DNA from: Bacteroidota bacterium
Lineage (GTDB): Bacteria; Bacteroidota; Bacteroidia; NS11-12g; UBA955
NCBI GenBank assembly: GCA_018333525.1
Contig: JAGXTF010000058.1
Span: 27,754 to 91,753 of the forward strand
Direction: 5' to 3'
DNA length: 64,000 nt
Shown here: positions 52,941 to 64,000 of the stretch, one piece after another
Layout of the letters: every line of letters begins with the position of its first letter
Numbering within the stretch: the first letter of the stretch is position 1
Notes under the pieces: generated by a model
Databases searched by the model: none
What the model was told of the DNA's origin: nothing
What the model saw: the letters and a program-made list of their open reading frames with translations, nothing else
Program-made: the position numbers and the translations under genes

Positions 52941-53012
52941 CTTTCTGAATTCGCCAACGTGAATAAAATGTTGTGAATACAAAAGAAAATATGCGACCTT
53001 TGCACCCTTGAA

Positions 53013-54134
53013 GTGAGTTCCAATCCAGTATCCGCCTTACTCGTACTACAAGATGGTACAGTTTTTAAAGGCACCGCCATCGGCAAAATAGGCACCACCA
53101 CAGGTGAAATAGCATTCAATACCGGCATGACCGGCTATCAGGAAGTATTTACAGATCCATCGTATTTTGGACAAATTCTCATCATGACCAATGACCATAT
53201 TGGGAATTATGGAGTACATGCAGATGAAATTGAAAGCGATGATATCAAAATTTCAGGCCTGGTTTGCAAAAAGTTTTCACACAATTTTAGCCGCAAATTG
53301 AATGCATTTAGTTTGGATGAATATTTCACCCAAAACCACCTGGTTGGCATTTCCGACGTGGATACCCGTCAGTTAGTGCGCCATATAAGACAAGCCGGAG
53401 CTATGAATGCTGTTATTTCTTCTGAAATTTCGAATGTAGATGAATTGCTAAAAATTGTTTCTGCTTGTCCGGATATGACCGGACTGGAACTCGCAAGTAA
53501 AGTTTCATCTGCAAATTTCCATACCATGGGAAATGCCGATGCTCCGCGAAAAGTGGCCCTTTTGGATTTTGGAAATAAACTGAACATTGCCCGATGCCTT
53601 GCTGAACGCAATTGCCTCGTAGGTATTTTTCCGGCAAAAACAACGGCGGAAGAAGTTCTGAAATGGAAACCGGATGGAATTATGCTGAGCAACGGCCCGG
53701 GTGACCCTGCGGCTATGGATTATGCCATTGAAACTGTAAAAACTTTGGTGAATATGGGAATTCCTACTTTTGGAATTTGCCTTGGTCATCAGTTATTGTC
53801 ACTGGCAAGCGGACTTAAAACTTATAAAATGCACCACGGTCATCGCGGATTAAACCATCCGGTGAAAAATCTGGTGAGCGGCAGAAGTGAAATCACCAGT
53901 CAGAACCATGGTTTTGCTGTTGAATTTAACAATGATCTGAAAGATACCGTTGAACTCACCCATATTAATTTAAATGATGATTCAGTAGAAGGTATTCGCA
54001 GACTAGACAAACCTGCATTCAGTGTGCAACACCATCCGGAAGCCAGTCCGGGACCACACGACAGTCTATACCTCTTTGACCAGTTTGTGGAATTGATAGA
54101 GAGCCATCGCAATACCATGGCTGCAGCCAATTGA
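53013..54134 (+). CDS. carA: carbamoyl-phosphate synthase small (glutamine amidotransferase) subunit
   Basis: CPSase small-chain N-terminal domain plus a class I GATase domain (GICLGHQLL). Confidence 0.9.
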   Translation: MSSNPVSALLVLQDGTVFKGTAIGKIGTTTGEIAFNTGMTGYQEVFTDPSYFGQILIMTNDHIGNYGVHADEIESDDIKISGLVCKKFSHNFSRKLNAFSLDEYFTQNHLVGISDVDTRQLVRHIRQAGAMNAVISSEISNVDELLKIVSACPDMTGLELASKVSSANFHTMGNADAPRKVALLDFGNKLNIARCLAERNCLVGIFPAKTTAEEVLKWKPDGIMLSNGPGDPAAMDYAIETVKTLVNMGIPTFGICLGHQLLSLASGLKTYKMHHGHRGLNHPVKNLVSGRSEITSQNHGFAVEFNNDLKDTVELTHINLNDDSVEGIRRLDKPAFSVQHHPEASPGPHDSLYLFDQFVELIESHRNTMAAAN

Positions 54135-54150
54135 GATTTAATAAAATTAA

Positions 54151-55455
<1,305 letters not shown>

Positions 55456-55459
55456 CAGG

Positions 55460-56038
55460 ATGACAAACCAAAACCAGAATAAAATTGCCATTGCAGATTA
55501 CAAATGGAAATATGTAATTTATGCTTTGGTTTGTTCCGGTCTGGTTTTGGCAGGTTTCCTCACTTTTAATGCCCGCGAAAGACATTGGCAATTCTGGCTC
55601 GCAGAGGTAGTGATGTGTCTTTTTGCCTCTGGTCTTTTTTATATGCTTCTAAGTCCGAAATACCGTTTTATTGGAAGAAGCGGAGAAGAATTCGATGCGT
55701 ATATGCGCCATAAATATGATGAACTTAGCAACGATGCGGGTAGGTTTCAGTATTTGGAAGATGGATTTGTTTTTCGTACCGATGAGGGTGAAATTGAAGT
55801 TTTTTGGAAGGATGTGAACAGCATTGTTGCACATTTGGAGGATGAGGTAACCAATGATGATGATATTTGTCTGCGACTCAATTATTCCGATTCTAATTTT
55901 TTAGAAGTGGATGAAGAATTGCCGGGTTGGATGAAATTTCGAAGCATTTTGGAACAAAAATTTAAGCTTCATGAAAACTGGACCCAGGAATTGCTGAGCT
56001 CCGGTCAAAAAGAAATGATTCTTTTTCAAAAAAGCTGA
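55460..56038 (+). CDS. hypothetical membrane protein
   Basis: Two transmembrane helices. No recognisable motif. Confidence 0.4.
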   Translation: MTNQNQNKIAIADYKWKYVIYALVCSGLVLAGFLTFNARERHWQFWLAEVVMCLFASGLFYMLLSPKYRFIGRSGEEFDAYMRHKYDELSNDAGRFQYLEDGFVFRTDEGEIEVFWKDVNSIVAHLEDEVTNDDDICLRLNYSDSNFLEVDEELPGWMKFRSILEQKFKLHENWTQELLSSGQKEMILFQKS

Positions 56039-56135
56039 TCCTGTTTCAATTTTGCGTCCTTTTTTAATCATTGCTGTGTAAACTCAGGTTTAGCTGTGCA
56101 CTACAAATTTTATTGCGTGCAGATATCCAGTACAT

Positions 56136-58691
56136 TTGAATTATCATTCGCCTGTGAGAAAAGTATACTATTTCGCCTTTTTCATGCTTGTGCATTCGCT
56201 ACAAGCGCAGAATTCAACATTTAAACCAGGAGCGCAATATGTGTTATCTGATTTTCAAAGCCGAGCCTCTGAGTTTGGATTAACTTCAGATGATGTTTTA
56301 GGCAGCAGGGTAACAGATTTGTATACCGACAAACACAATGGCGTAACACATGCCTATATTCAACAATACCTGAATGCACGTCCAATTATCAATCAGGTTA
56401 TTGGGTTGCATTATAACCGAAATGGGAGGTTAGTCTTTTGGGCAAATAATTTCACACCGGATGCCAAATCTAAAATAACCTCAATTTCTGCCGTAAAAAG
56501 CAATCAGGAAATTATCAATCTTGCCATGAAAGCAACAGCAACAGAAACAAATGTTGGAGACTTTCAAGTGGTAAGTGACATATACAAACGTTCGTTATCG
56601 GAAGCGGACAAGTTGCTGTATCCATGCTATTATGCCAATGAAAATGGAATACACCCGGCTTACAATGTGATTTATTTCGATATCAAAACCTCAGATTGGT
56701 GGAATATCATTGTTTCAGAAAATGGGGATATTCTCGATAAACTGAGCTGGACTTCACATTGTTCCTTAAATGCTCCGCATAATGTGAAGCGCCGCGCTTC
56801 AAATGCAGACGCAACATACCATGCATTAAAATTTAATATAGAAAGTCCGTTGTATGGAAAAAGATCTATCCTGTTGAATCCTAATGATAGTTTGGCTTCC
56901 CCTTTTGGCTGGCATGATGTGGATGGAGCAGCAGGTGCAGAGTTTACCACAACAATTGGTAATAATGTGCTGGCCAGCGAAGACCATGACGGAAACAATA
57001 TTGCCGGATTTAGCCCAGATGGTGGTTCGTCTTTGTTATTTGATTTCTCCTACGATTCAGCTGAAATAGATCCGCTGAATTATGAAAGCTATGCTATTAC
57101 CAATCTTTTTGTTGTAAATAATTTAATGCATGATATCCTCTATGGATATGGATTTGATGAAAATGCCGGAAATTTTCAATTGAATAATTATGGAAGGGGT
57201 GGCGCAGGGAGTGATGAAGTAAATGCAGATGCACAGGATGGCAGCGGTACCAACAACGCCAATTTCTCTACCCCTCCGGATGGGTCTAATCCCAGAATGC
57301 AAATGTTTATATGGGATGCAGATGCCGGTACAAATGGTGCCACATTACAGGTAAATAGCACAGGTGGTTCAAAATTCAGGGTTGGAAAAGCAGTTTTTGG
57401 AACCTCACTTTCCACAACTCCGATTACGGCAATGCTGGTAATGGTAGATGATGGGGTTGGAACAGGGGAAAAAGGATGTTCTGCCTTGAAAAACGGCATT
57501 AAAATCAAAAATAATATTGCTGCAATAGAGCGCGGTGGGTGCACTTTCGTAGAAAAAGTCTATAACGCCCAATTAGCCGGGGCAATTGCAGTGGTAGTGC
57601 TGGATACTTTCGAAGGAGATCAGATAATTCTTATGGGAGGATCTGATTCCAGAATTACCATTCCTGCTGTATTCGCCAGGTTCTCTGATGCCAATGAGTT
57701 GTTTGAATTGATGCTCACCGGTACTGTAAATATTTCCTTGTATGACAGCACTGGTTTTGTTCCAAAAACTGACAGCGATTTGGATTTGGGAGTTATCGCA
57801 CATGAATACACCCACGGTGTTTCTAACAGGCTTACATGTGGTCCGTCAAATTCTAACGCATTGAATAATGCAGAACAAATGGGTGAGGGGTGGAGTGATT
57901 TTCTGGGACTCGCTCTCACAGTTAAAATGGGCGATGTGGGAACCACCGCCCGCGGTATTGGCAATTGGTTAATTGGTCAGGACCAAAAAGGTGGGGGAAT
58001 TCGCACCTATCCTTATTCAACCAGCATGACCATCAATCCGCACACCTATAAAAATGTAAAAACGGCATCTTCAGGCGGCAGAACAGAGGTCCATTATTTG
58101 GGTGAAGTCTGGTGTGCCATGTTGTGGGACCTCCACTGGAAACTGGTAGAAAAATATGGCTACGACCCGGATTTGTACCATGGAACCGGTGGAAATAATA
58201 CTGCAATACAGTTGGTTTTGGATGGTATGAAACTTCAAAAATGCAATCCGGGATTTGTAGATGGCAGAAATGCAATACTGATGGCCGATAGCTTAAATAA
58301 CGGGGCTGCCAATTCCGATTTAATCTGGCAGGTATTTGCCAGAAGGGGACTAGGTTTTTCCGCATCTCAGGGATCTTCTTTCAGCACCGGCGATGGAGTG
58401 GAGGCATTCGATTTGCCGGGTCAGCAAAGCAGGGTGGTTAATCTGAAAACACAATTTGCTTCCATCAGACCCAACCCCGTTCAAAACATATTATATGTGG
58501 AACCTGCCTCTTTGCAGTCTTTGGAAAATCTAAGAATCATGGATGCAACAGGCAGAAATATTTCAGTAAGCATGCGCAGATATTCAGATGGCTATTGGAT
58601 GGTGAATACAGAAGAATTACGGGTAGGAATTTATTTTCTGCATGTAGAAACAAACACAGGGGTGCAAGTAATGCAGTTTATTAAAAACTGA
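56136..58691 (+). CDS. M36 (fungalysin) family metallopeptidase with a PA-domain insert and a T9SS C-terminal sorting domain
   Basis: HEYTHGVSNRL zinc-binding motif and a downstream GEGWSDF motif. A C-terminal YVEPASLQS...GIYFLHV sorting domain. Confidence 0.8.
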   Translation: MNYHSPVRKVYYFAFFMLVHSLQAQNSTFKPGAQYVLSDFQSRASEFGLTSDDVLGSRVTDLYTDKHNGVTHAYIQQYLNARPIINQVIGLHYNRNGRLVFWANNFTPDAKSKITSISAVKSNQEIINLAMKATATETNVGDFQVVSDIYKRSLSEADKLLYPCYYANENGIHPAYNVIYFDIKTSDWWNIIVSENGDILDKLSWTSHCSLNAPHNVKRRASNADATYHALKFNIESPLYGKRSILLNPNDSLASPFGWHDVDGAAGAEFTTTIGNNVLASEDHDGNNIAGFSPDGGSSLLFDFSYDSAEIDPLNYESYAITNLFVVNNLMHDILYGYGFDENAGNFQLNNYGRGGAGSDEVNADAQDGSGTNNANFSTPPDGSNPRMQMFIWDADAGTNGATLQVNSTGGSKFRVGKAVFGTSLSTTPITAMLVMVDDGVGTGEKGCSALKNGIKIKNNIAAIERGGCTFVEKVYNAQLAGAIAVVVLDTFEGDQIILMGGSDSRITIPAVFARFSDANELFELMLTGTVNISLYDSTGFVPKTDSDLDLGVIAHEYTHGVSNRLTCGPSNSNALNNAEQMGEGWSDFLGLALTVKMGDVGTTARGIGNWLIGQDQKGGGIRTYPYSTSMTINPHTYKNVKTASSGGRTEVHYLGEVWCAMLWDLHWKLVEKYGYDPDLYHGTGGNNTAIQLVLDGMKLQKCNPGFVDGRNAILMADSLNNGAANSDLIWQVFARRGLGFSASQGSSFSTGDGVEAFDLPGQQSRVVNLKTQFASIRPNPVQNILYVEPASLQSLENLRIMDATGRNISVSMRRYSDGYWMVNTEELRVGIYFLHVETNTGVQVMQFIKN

Positions 58692-59375
58692 TTATTTTTT
58701 TCGTGCAAGTCGGAACGAAACGGAATTAATTGCATCATACCCTGCAAAACTGTCCTTACTTAGATATTTAATGTCGAAGTTCAAATTAATAGGACTTCCA
58801 AAAGCTGTTAACGCAAATTCAAAAGTGCCTGCTGAATTATACCTCCATTGACTGGTAGCAGGCAAGTCAAATAAGTACGTACCATTTGCACAGGTATCCG
58901 TGCCTTCCGTGAGGTTGCAGGTATCCGCCTGATTATGAAATACAATAAATTCATCATCCATTTGGCAGGGTTGCGTTTGCAATTCATTGCCATTGTAAAT
59001 AATGGACTTTACAATCCATACCTTTTTTGAATTTCCACTGAGCCTATAAATACTATCCGGTTTCACATTAACATTAAGAGATTTGGAATCGGTCAATCCA
59101 TCGCCATTCTTCACCAATAAATTCACCTGGTACAATCCCGCATCCGTGAAAACATATTGAGGTTGAAATTCTTCCGATTTCCAATTTAATGCCGGCATTT
59201 CCCAAAAACTGACCGACACATTTTTACTGGAATTCAGGAAAACCAATGTATCACCCTCATATACCTCAAAAAGTGAAAAACCAAAATCTGCTACCGGAGA
59301 TGGCTCTGTTTGTTTTTTGCAGGAAATTGCCGGTAAAGTGACAAACAAGGCAATGATATAAATGTAATTGCGCAT
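58692..59375 (-). CDS. hypothetical lipoprotein with a PKD-like domain
   Basis: Lipobox AISC. It abuts the convergent peptidase gene with no intergenic nucleotide. Confidence 0.45.
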   Translation of the reverse strand: MRNYIYIIALFVTLPAISCKKQTEPSPVADFGFSLFEVYEGDTLVFLNSSKNVSVSFWEMPALNWKSEEFQPQYVFTDAGLYQVNLLVKNGDGLTDSKSLNVNVKPDSIYRLSGNSKKVWIVKSIIYNGNELQTQPCQMDDEFIVFHNQADTCNLTEGTDTCANGTYLFDLPATSQWRYNSAGTFEFALTAFGSPINLNFDIKYLSKDSFAGYDAINSVSFRLARKK

Positions 59376-59542
59376 AAAGGTTCAGGGCTGTTTCACAAAA
59401 GTATGCTACAAAAGGCGAAGCGAGAAATTTCAACCTTCGGAATCCATCCATATCGAATGTCAAATCAAGGCCATTGCAATCTTAATGGTTGAGTTTTTTA
59501 AGGAATTGTTATTTTTGCATCCCGTTTCGAAAAAATAAATTG

Positions 59543-60193
59543 ATGTTTATCCTTTCGGTACTCTGTTTAACTATGCTTGCCTATTTACTGGGTTCTATAC
59601 CTAGTGCTGTTTGGGTTGGTCAAGCCTTCTATGGTATAGATGTGCGAGATTTTGGCAGTGGAAATGCAGGTGCTACCAATACTTTCAGAGTATTAGGCAA
59701 GAAAGCCGGTGCAGGTGTTTTGCTGATGGATGTTATTAAAGGCTTTACTGCAGCCTGTCTGGTGAATTATTTACCAGAAGTAAATCCGCTTTTTCATAAA
59801 ACACAGTACATCAACCTTCAATTGCTTTTTGGTTTGAGCGCTGTTTTAGGGCATTTGTTTCCGGTATTCGCAGGCTTTAAAGGTGGAAAAGGTATTGCCA
59901 CACTTTTCGGTATGCTGATTGCAATCCACTACATCAGTGCTATTGCGTGCCTGGGGATTTTTATATTTATACTTTTTGCAACCAGATTTGTTAGTCTCTC
60001 TTCCATTTCTGCGGCAATCATGTTCCCAATTCAACTGATTTGGATATTCAAACGGGATGAACAATTGTTTATTGCATTTGGCGTTTGCGCCGCATTGTTG
60101 GTTATACTCACCCATCGTAAAAACATTAACCGATTGCTCTCCGGAAACGAAAATAAAGCGAGATTGTTAAGAAGGCATTATAGAAATGGTTAG
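59543..60193 (+). CDS. plsY: glycerol-3-phosphate acyltransferase PlsY
   Basis: The GSGNAGATN motif and a 5-transmembrane topology. The start was set at MFILSV. Confidence 0.85.
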   Translation: MFILSVLCLTMLAYLLGSIPSAVWVGQAFYGIDVRDFGSGNAGATNTFRVLGKKAGAGVLLMDVIKGFTAACLVNYLPEVNPLFHKTQYINLQLLFGLSAVLGHLFPVFAGFKGGKGIATLFGMLIAIHYISAIACLGIFIFILFATRFVSLSSISAAIMFPIQLIWIFKRDEQLFIAFGVCAALLVILTHRKNINRLLSGNENKARLLRRHYRNG

Positions 60194-60482
60194 AGGTTTT
60201 TCACATTCTCCGGATCTGCTGGAGGAAATTGAACTGAAAGAGGAACTGGCGCCGGGTTGGGCAGTTATTTTGTATAATGATGATGTGAATACTTTTGAAT
60301 GGGTTATTGAATGCCTGATTCGGTATTGTAAACACGAAGAAATGCAAGCGGAACAATGCGCCTGGATTGTACACACCAAAGGCAAATGCACCGTGAAGTC
60401 GGGAGATTATAATGCTCTGGAACCAGTTTGCACAGCATTGTGTGATAATGGCCTTTCTGCAGCACTGGAGGAAATTAAATGA
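60186..60482 (+). CDS. clpS: ATP-dependent Clp protease adaptor ClpS
   Basis: [18 protein letters not shown] is the ClpS core motif. 98 aa. Confidence 0.8.
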   Translation: MVRGFSHSPDLLEEIELKEELAPGWAVILYNDDVNTFEWVIECLIRYCKHEEMQAEQCAWIVHTKGKCTVKSGDYNALEPVCTALCDNGLSAALEEIK

Positions 60483-61177
60483 AAAAAGTAGTAGACGGCG
60501 CGGAAGCTGCAATTGCAGACATTCCAAGCGGAGCAACATTGATGCTCGGTGGTTTTGGCCTTTGTGGTATACCGGAAAATTGTATTACAGCCCTTGTAAA
60601 TAAAGGAATTAATAACCTGGTGTGCATTTCCAATAACGCAGGGGTTGACGATTTCGGAATTGGCCTGATGCTTCAAAAAAAGCAGGTTCGAAAAATGATT
60701 AGCTCCTACGTTGGAGAAAATGATGAATTCGAAAGACAACTTTTGAGTGGAGAGCTCGAAGTAGAACTCATACCGCAGGGTACGTTAGCTGAGCGATGCA
60801 GAGCTGCTGGCTCCGGAATACCGGCATTTTATACTCCCGCCGGATATGGAACTGAGGTGGAAGTTGGAAAAGAAGTGCGTGAATTCAATGGAAAAAAATA
60901 CTTACTGGAGCATGCCTTTGATTCCGATTTTGCAATTGTAAAGGCCTGGAAAGGCGATACACATGGTAACCTTGTATTTAAAGATACTGCGAGAAATTTC
61001 AACCCCATGATGGCCATGGCTGGAAAAATCACTATTGCAGAAGTGGAAATACTTGTACCTGCAGGTGAAATTCACCCCAATGATGTTCATGTCCCCGGCA
61101 TTTTTGTGCATCGCATTTTTCAGGGTACCAATTACGAAAAGCGCATTGAGCAAAGAACGGTAAGACCAAGAAATTGA
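60479..61177 (+). CDS. 3-oxoacid CoA-transferase subunit A
   Basis: N-terminal similarity to ScoA/AtoD ([25 protein letters not shown]). Confidence 0.85.
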   Translation: MKKVVDGAEAAIADIPSGATLMLGGFGLCGIPENCITALVNKGINNLVCISNNAGVDDFGIGLMLQKKQVRKMISSYVGENDEFERQLLSGELEVELIPQGTLAERCRAAGSGIPAFYTPAGYGTEVEVGKEVREFNGKKYLLEHAFDSDFAIVKAWKGDTHGNLVFKDTARNFNPMMAMAGKITIAEVEILVPAGEIHPNDVHVPGIFVHRIFQGTNYEKRIEQRTVRPRN

Positions 61178-61181
61178 TCCG

Positions 61182-61775
61182 GTGAAACTTATTTTCGCCT
61201 CCTCCAACAAGCACAAAGCCGATGAAATCAGACAGGTTCTTGGAGAATCTATTCAAATTATTCTGCCCTCTGATTTGGGCTACACAAAAGAAATTCCTGA
61301 AACCGGAACCACCCTGGAAGAAAATGCATGGATTAAAGCCATCGCTATTTTCGAACAATTTCATTTGCCGGTAATTGCAGATGACACAGGCCTTGAAGTG
61401 GAAGCCCTTAATGGGGCTCCTGGAGTGTATTCAGCCAGATTTGCAGGAGAAAATGCAACCTTCAATGACAATTGCAATTTGTTATTGCACAAGTTAAAGG
61501 GCGTTTCTAACCGAAAGGCTGCTTTTAAAACGGTGATTTGTTTTTTGGATGAAAATAATAGGAAGCATCTATTCCATGGAGTGGTAAAAGGGGAGATACT
61601 TGAACATTTTTCCGGCGAAGGTGGTTTTGGTTATGATCCCGTTTTTCGACCGGAAGGGTATTCGAAAACCTTTGCGGAGATGACCTTAGAAGAAAAAAAC
61701 AAGATCAGCCATCGCGCGTTGGCAATACAGAAATTTCAAAGTTTCATTCAAGCTATGGAACGTCATGAAAGATAA
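61182..61775 (+). CDS. non-canonical purine NTP pyrophosphatase (RdgB/HAM1 family), GTG start
   Basis: The FASSNKHK and GFGYDPVF motifs. Confidence 0.85.
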   Translation: MKLIFASSNKHKADEIRQVLGESIQIILPSDLGYTKEIPETGTTLEENAWIKAIAIFEQFHLPVIADDTGLEVEALNGAPGVYSARFAGENATFNDNCNLLLHKLKGVSNRKAAFKTVICFLDENNRKHLFHGVVKGEILEHFSGEGGFGYDPVFRPEGYSKTFAEMTLEEKNKISHRALAIQKFQSFIQAMERHER

Positions 61776-62952
61776 AATTCCACCATTGCAAGTGGAGGAA
61801 TTCAACTATGCATTACCAGATGACCGAATAGCCAGACATCCGGTGCACCCGCGCCACAACAGCAAGCTGTTGGTTTGGAACGGACATAAATGCGAAGATT
61901 TTCAATTTTGTGATTTACCGGCCTTTATAGACAAACAAACACTGATGGTATTCAATGACACCAGGGTAATTCCTGCCCGATTGGTGTTTCAGCTGCCACC
62001 ATCTGATGCCCGAATTGAAGTTTTTTTATTGCAGCCTGCAGATCCAGGTTGGAAAATATGGGAATGCCAAATTGGAAACAGAAAGAAATTCAAGGAGGAT
62101 ATCGTATTGCGTCGCACCTTACAGGTAAAGGGAGAAGATTGGACCCTGGAAGTGCATTGGAACGATCGCGCAAGTAATAAAGTGACATTGTTTTGTGCCC
62201 AAAATTCGGATATGCATGCAGTATTGGATGCATTCGGAACTGTTCCGCTGCCTCCATATTTGCATCGTGCGGCAGATGCGGAAGACAAAATGGATTATCA
62301 GACCATATTTGCGCGCAATGAGGGTGCTGTGGCTGCACCAACCGCATCGCTGCATTTCACAGAGCTGGTAATGCAGGCTTTAAAGAAAAAAGAAGTTAAA
62401 ACATCTTATATCACGCTGCATGTTGGCATGGGAACGTTTAAACCAGTTACTGCAACAACTGCAAATGCACACGATATGCATGCAGAGCGTTTCGTGGTAA
62501 CGGAATCTTTTTTAAAAACGCTGAAATCCCATTTAGGCAGTAAAATTATTGCGTCAGGAACAACATCCCTGCGGGTGCTGGAAAGTTTGTTTTATATAGG
62601 CGCAGCTTCACTATTGAATATAAAAAACCCGCAAATCGTTGCCAGGGATGTGGGTTTTCTTGAAGAATTCAATGGAATTTCTTTGCAGGCTGCAGTAGAC
62701 GAATTGTTACGGCTGGCAGCAAATAATGGCGGCGAGATTCGGGGAGAAACTTCCATATTTATTTTACCGGGATTTGAATTTAGAATTTGCACCGGGCTCA
62801 TCACCAATTTTCACCAACCGGGAAGTACATTATTGATGTTGGTTGCGGCATTTACAGGAGGCAAATGGAAGGAGATCTACGGCCACGCTATGTCCCACGG
62901 GTACAGGTTTTTGAGTTACGGGGATGGCAGTTTGTTATTCAGGGAAAAATAA
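61765..62952 (+). CDS. queA: S-adenosylmethionine:tRNA ribosyltransferase-isomerase
   Basis: The N-terminal FNYALPDDRIARHP and the conserved QueA body. 395 aa. Confidence 0.85.
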   Translation: MKDKIPPLQVEEFNYALPDDRIARHPVHPRHNSKLLVWNGHKCEDFQFCDLPAFIDKQTLMVFNDTRVIPARLVFQLPPSDARIEVFLLQPADPGWKIWECQIGNRKKFKEDIVLRRTLQVKGEDWTLEVHWNDRASNKVTLFCAQNSDMHAVLDAFGTVPLPPYLHRAADAEDKMDYQTIFARNEGAVAAPTASLHFTELVMQALKKKEVKTSYITLHVGMGTFKPVTATTANAHDMHAERFVVTESFLKTLKSHLGSKIIASGTTSLRVLESLFYIGAASLLNIKNPQIVARDVGFLEEFNGISLQAAVDELLRLAANNGGEIRGETSIFILPGFEFRICTGLITNFHQPGSTLLMLVAAFTGGKWKEIYGHAMSHGYRFLSYGDGSLLFREK

Positions 62953-63078
62953 TTTCCGGTTTTGTTAATAAATATACGAAAAGAGATATAAATGGGTGCG
63001 AAAATATATTACCTTTGTCGCCCCGTTCTGAGAAATTTGATGGAGTAAAAAAGGAAGAAAAAAATATTTCAAATAATG

Positions 63079-63110
63079 CTTGACATTATGAAATAAATAA
63101 ACTTACCTTT
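63079..63110 (+). promoter_or_regulatory. rRNA promoter P1 (TTGACA, then 18 bp, then TACCTTTG)
   Basis: It matches the Bacteroidota sigma-A -7 consensus TAnnTTTG and has an upstream TTG element. An AT-rich UP-like region precedes it. Confidence 0.5.
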
Positions 63111-63183
63111 GCACCCCCGTTCAGATAGAAGGCTAAGGAAAAAGAGGCGAAAAAATAAATTTCAAATTTTTTTCAAAAGGTAC

Positions 63184-63215
63184 TTGACAATATGAAAGTA
63201 AAAATCGTACCTTTG
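63184..63215 (+). promoter_or_regulatory. rRNA promoter P2 (tandem duplicate of P1)
   Basis: The same CTTGACA..ATGAAA..TACCTTTGCA(C/G)CCCCGTT module recurs about 105 bp downstream of P1. Confidence 0.5.
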
Positions 63216-63353
63216 CAGCCCCGTTTAGGAAATGGGAAAAACAGAAATAGATTCGCTTCGGCGATTTTATAAAGTTCTTTGAAAGAAAAGTAAGGAATAG
63301 CGAGCCACCGAAGAATAAATTCTTTGGGGAAAGTCGGAGATCAAAATCTTTTA

Positions 63354-64000
<647 letters not shown>

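Noticed and set aside
52960-53012. Promoter-like CGACCTTTGCACCC upstream of carA, resembling the rRNA promoter core
   Set aside because: It deviates from TAnnTTTG at the TA positions (GAccTTTG). That is too weak to call without transcription start site data.

Overview
This 64-kb window is a chromosomal segment from a member of the Bacteroidota. That assignment rests on the 16S rRNA 5' end at the right edge, several proteins with type IX secretion (T9SS) C-terminal sorting domains, PorP/SprF genes, TAnnTTTG-type promoters and AT-rich composition. Most of the window is housekeeping core. Recognisable genes include trmD-rimM-rpsP, recJ, ruvB, ligA, a uvrD-like helicase, pyrD, purH, carA, eno, dapA, queA, queG, plsY, clpS, pntAA-pntAB-pntB, a glutamate dehydrogenase and a leucine dehydrogenase, and psd. 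The window ends in tandem rRNA promoters and a partial 16S gene. The non-routine content is mostly non-coding or accessory. (1) Five tandem copies of a roughly 79-bp quasi-palindromic unit lie between the 3' ends of two convergent genes. (2) An IS200-like HuH/Y1 tyrosine transposase resembling a REP-associated tyrosine transposase (RAYT) sits next to a tandemly duplicated ~184-bp element carrying two nested GC-rich hairpins that share the loop GCTTCGCCG. (3) A ~190-bp element with ~32-bp terminal inverted repeats, resembling a miniature inverted-repeat transposable element (MITE), starts at a stop codon. (4) A ~360-bp GC-rich structured intergenic region holds a near-perfect 24-nt GC palindrome and a terminator-like hairpin. 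(5) A ~1-kb island of about 50% G+C encodes only the C-terminal third of a DnaE-type DNA polymerase alpha subunit, next to an AAA+ ATPase. (6) Two tandem PorP/SprF paralogs have no obvious cargo gene beside them. (7) A small secreted Cys/Lys-rich protein follows psd. (8) A stand-alone MetH homocysteine-binding module has no B12 or pterin partner nearby. I found no CRISPR array and no tRNA genes.
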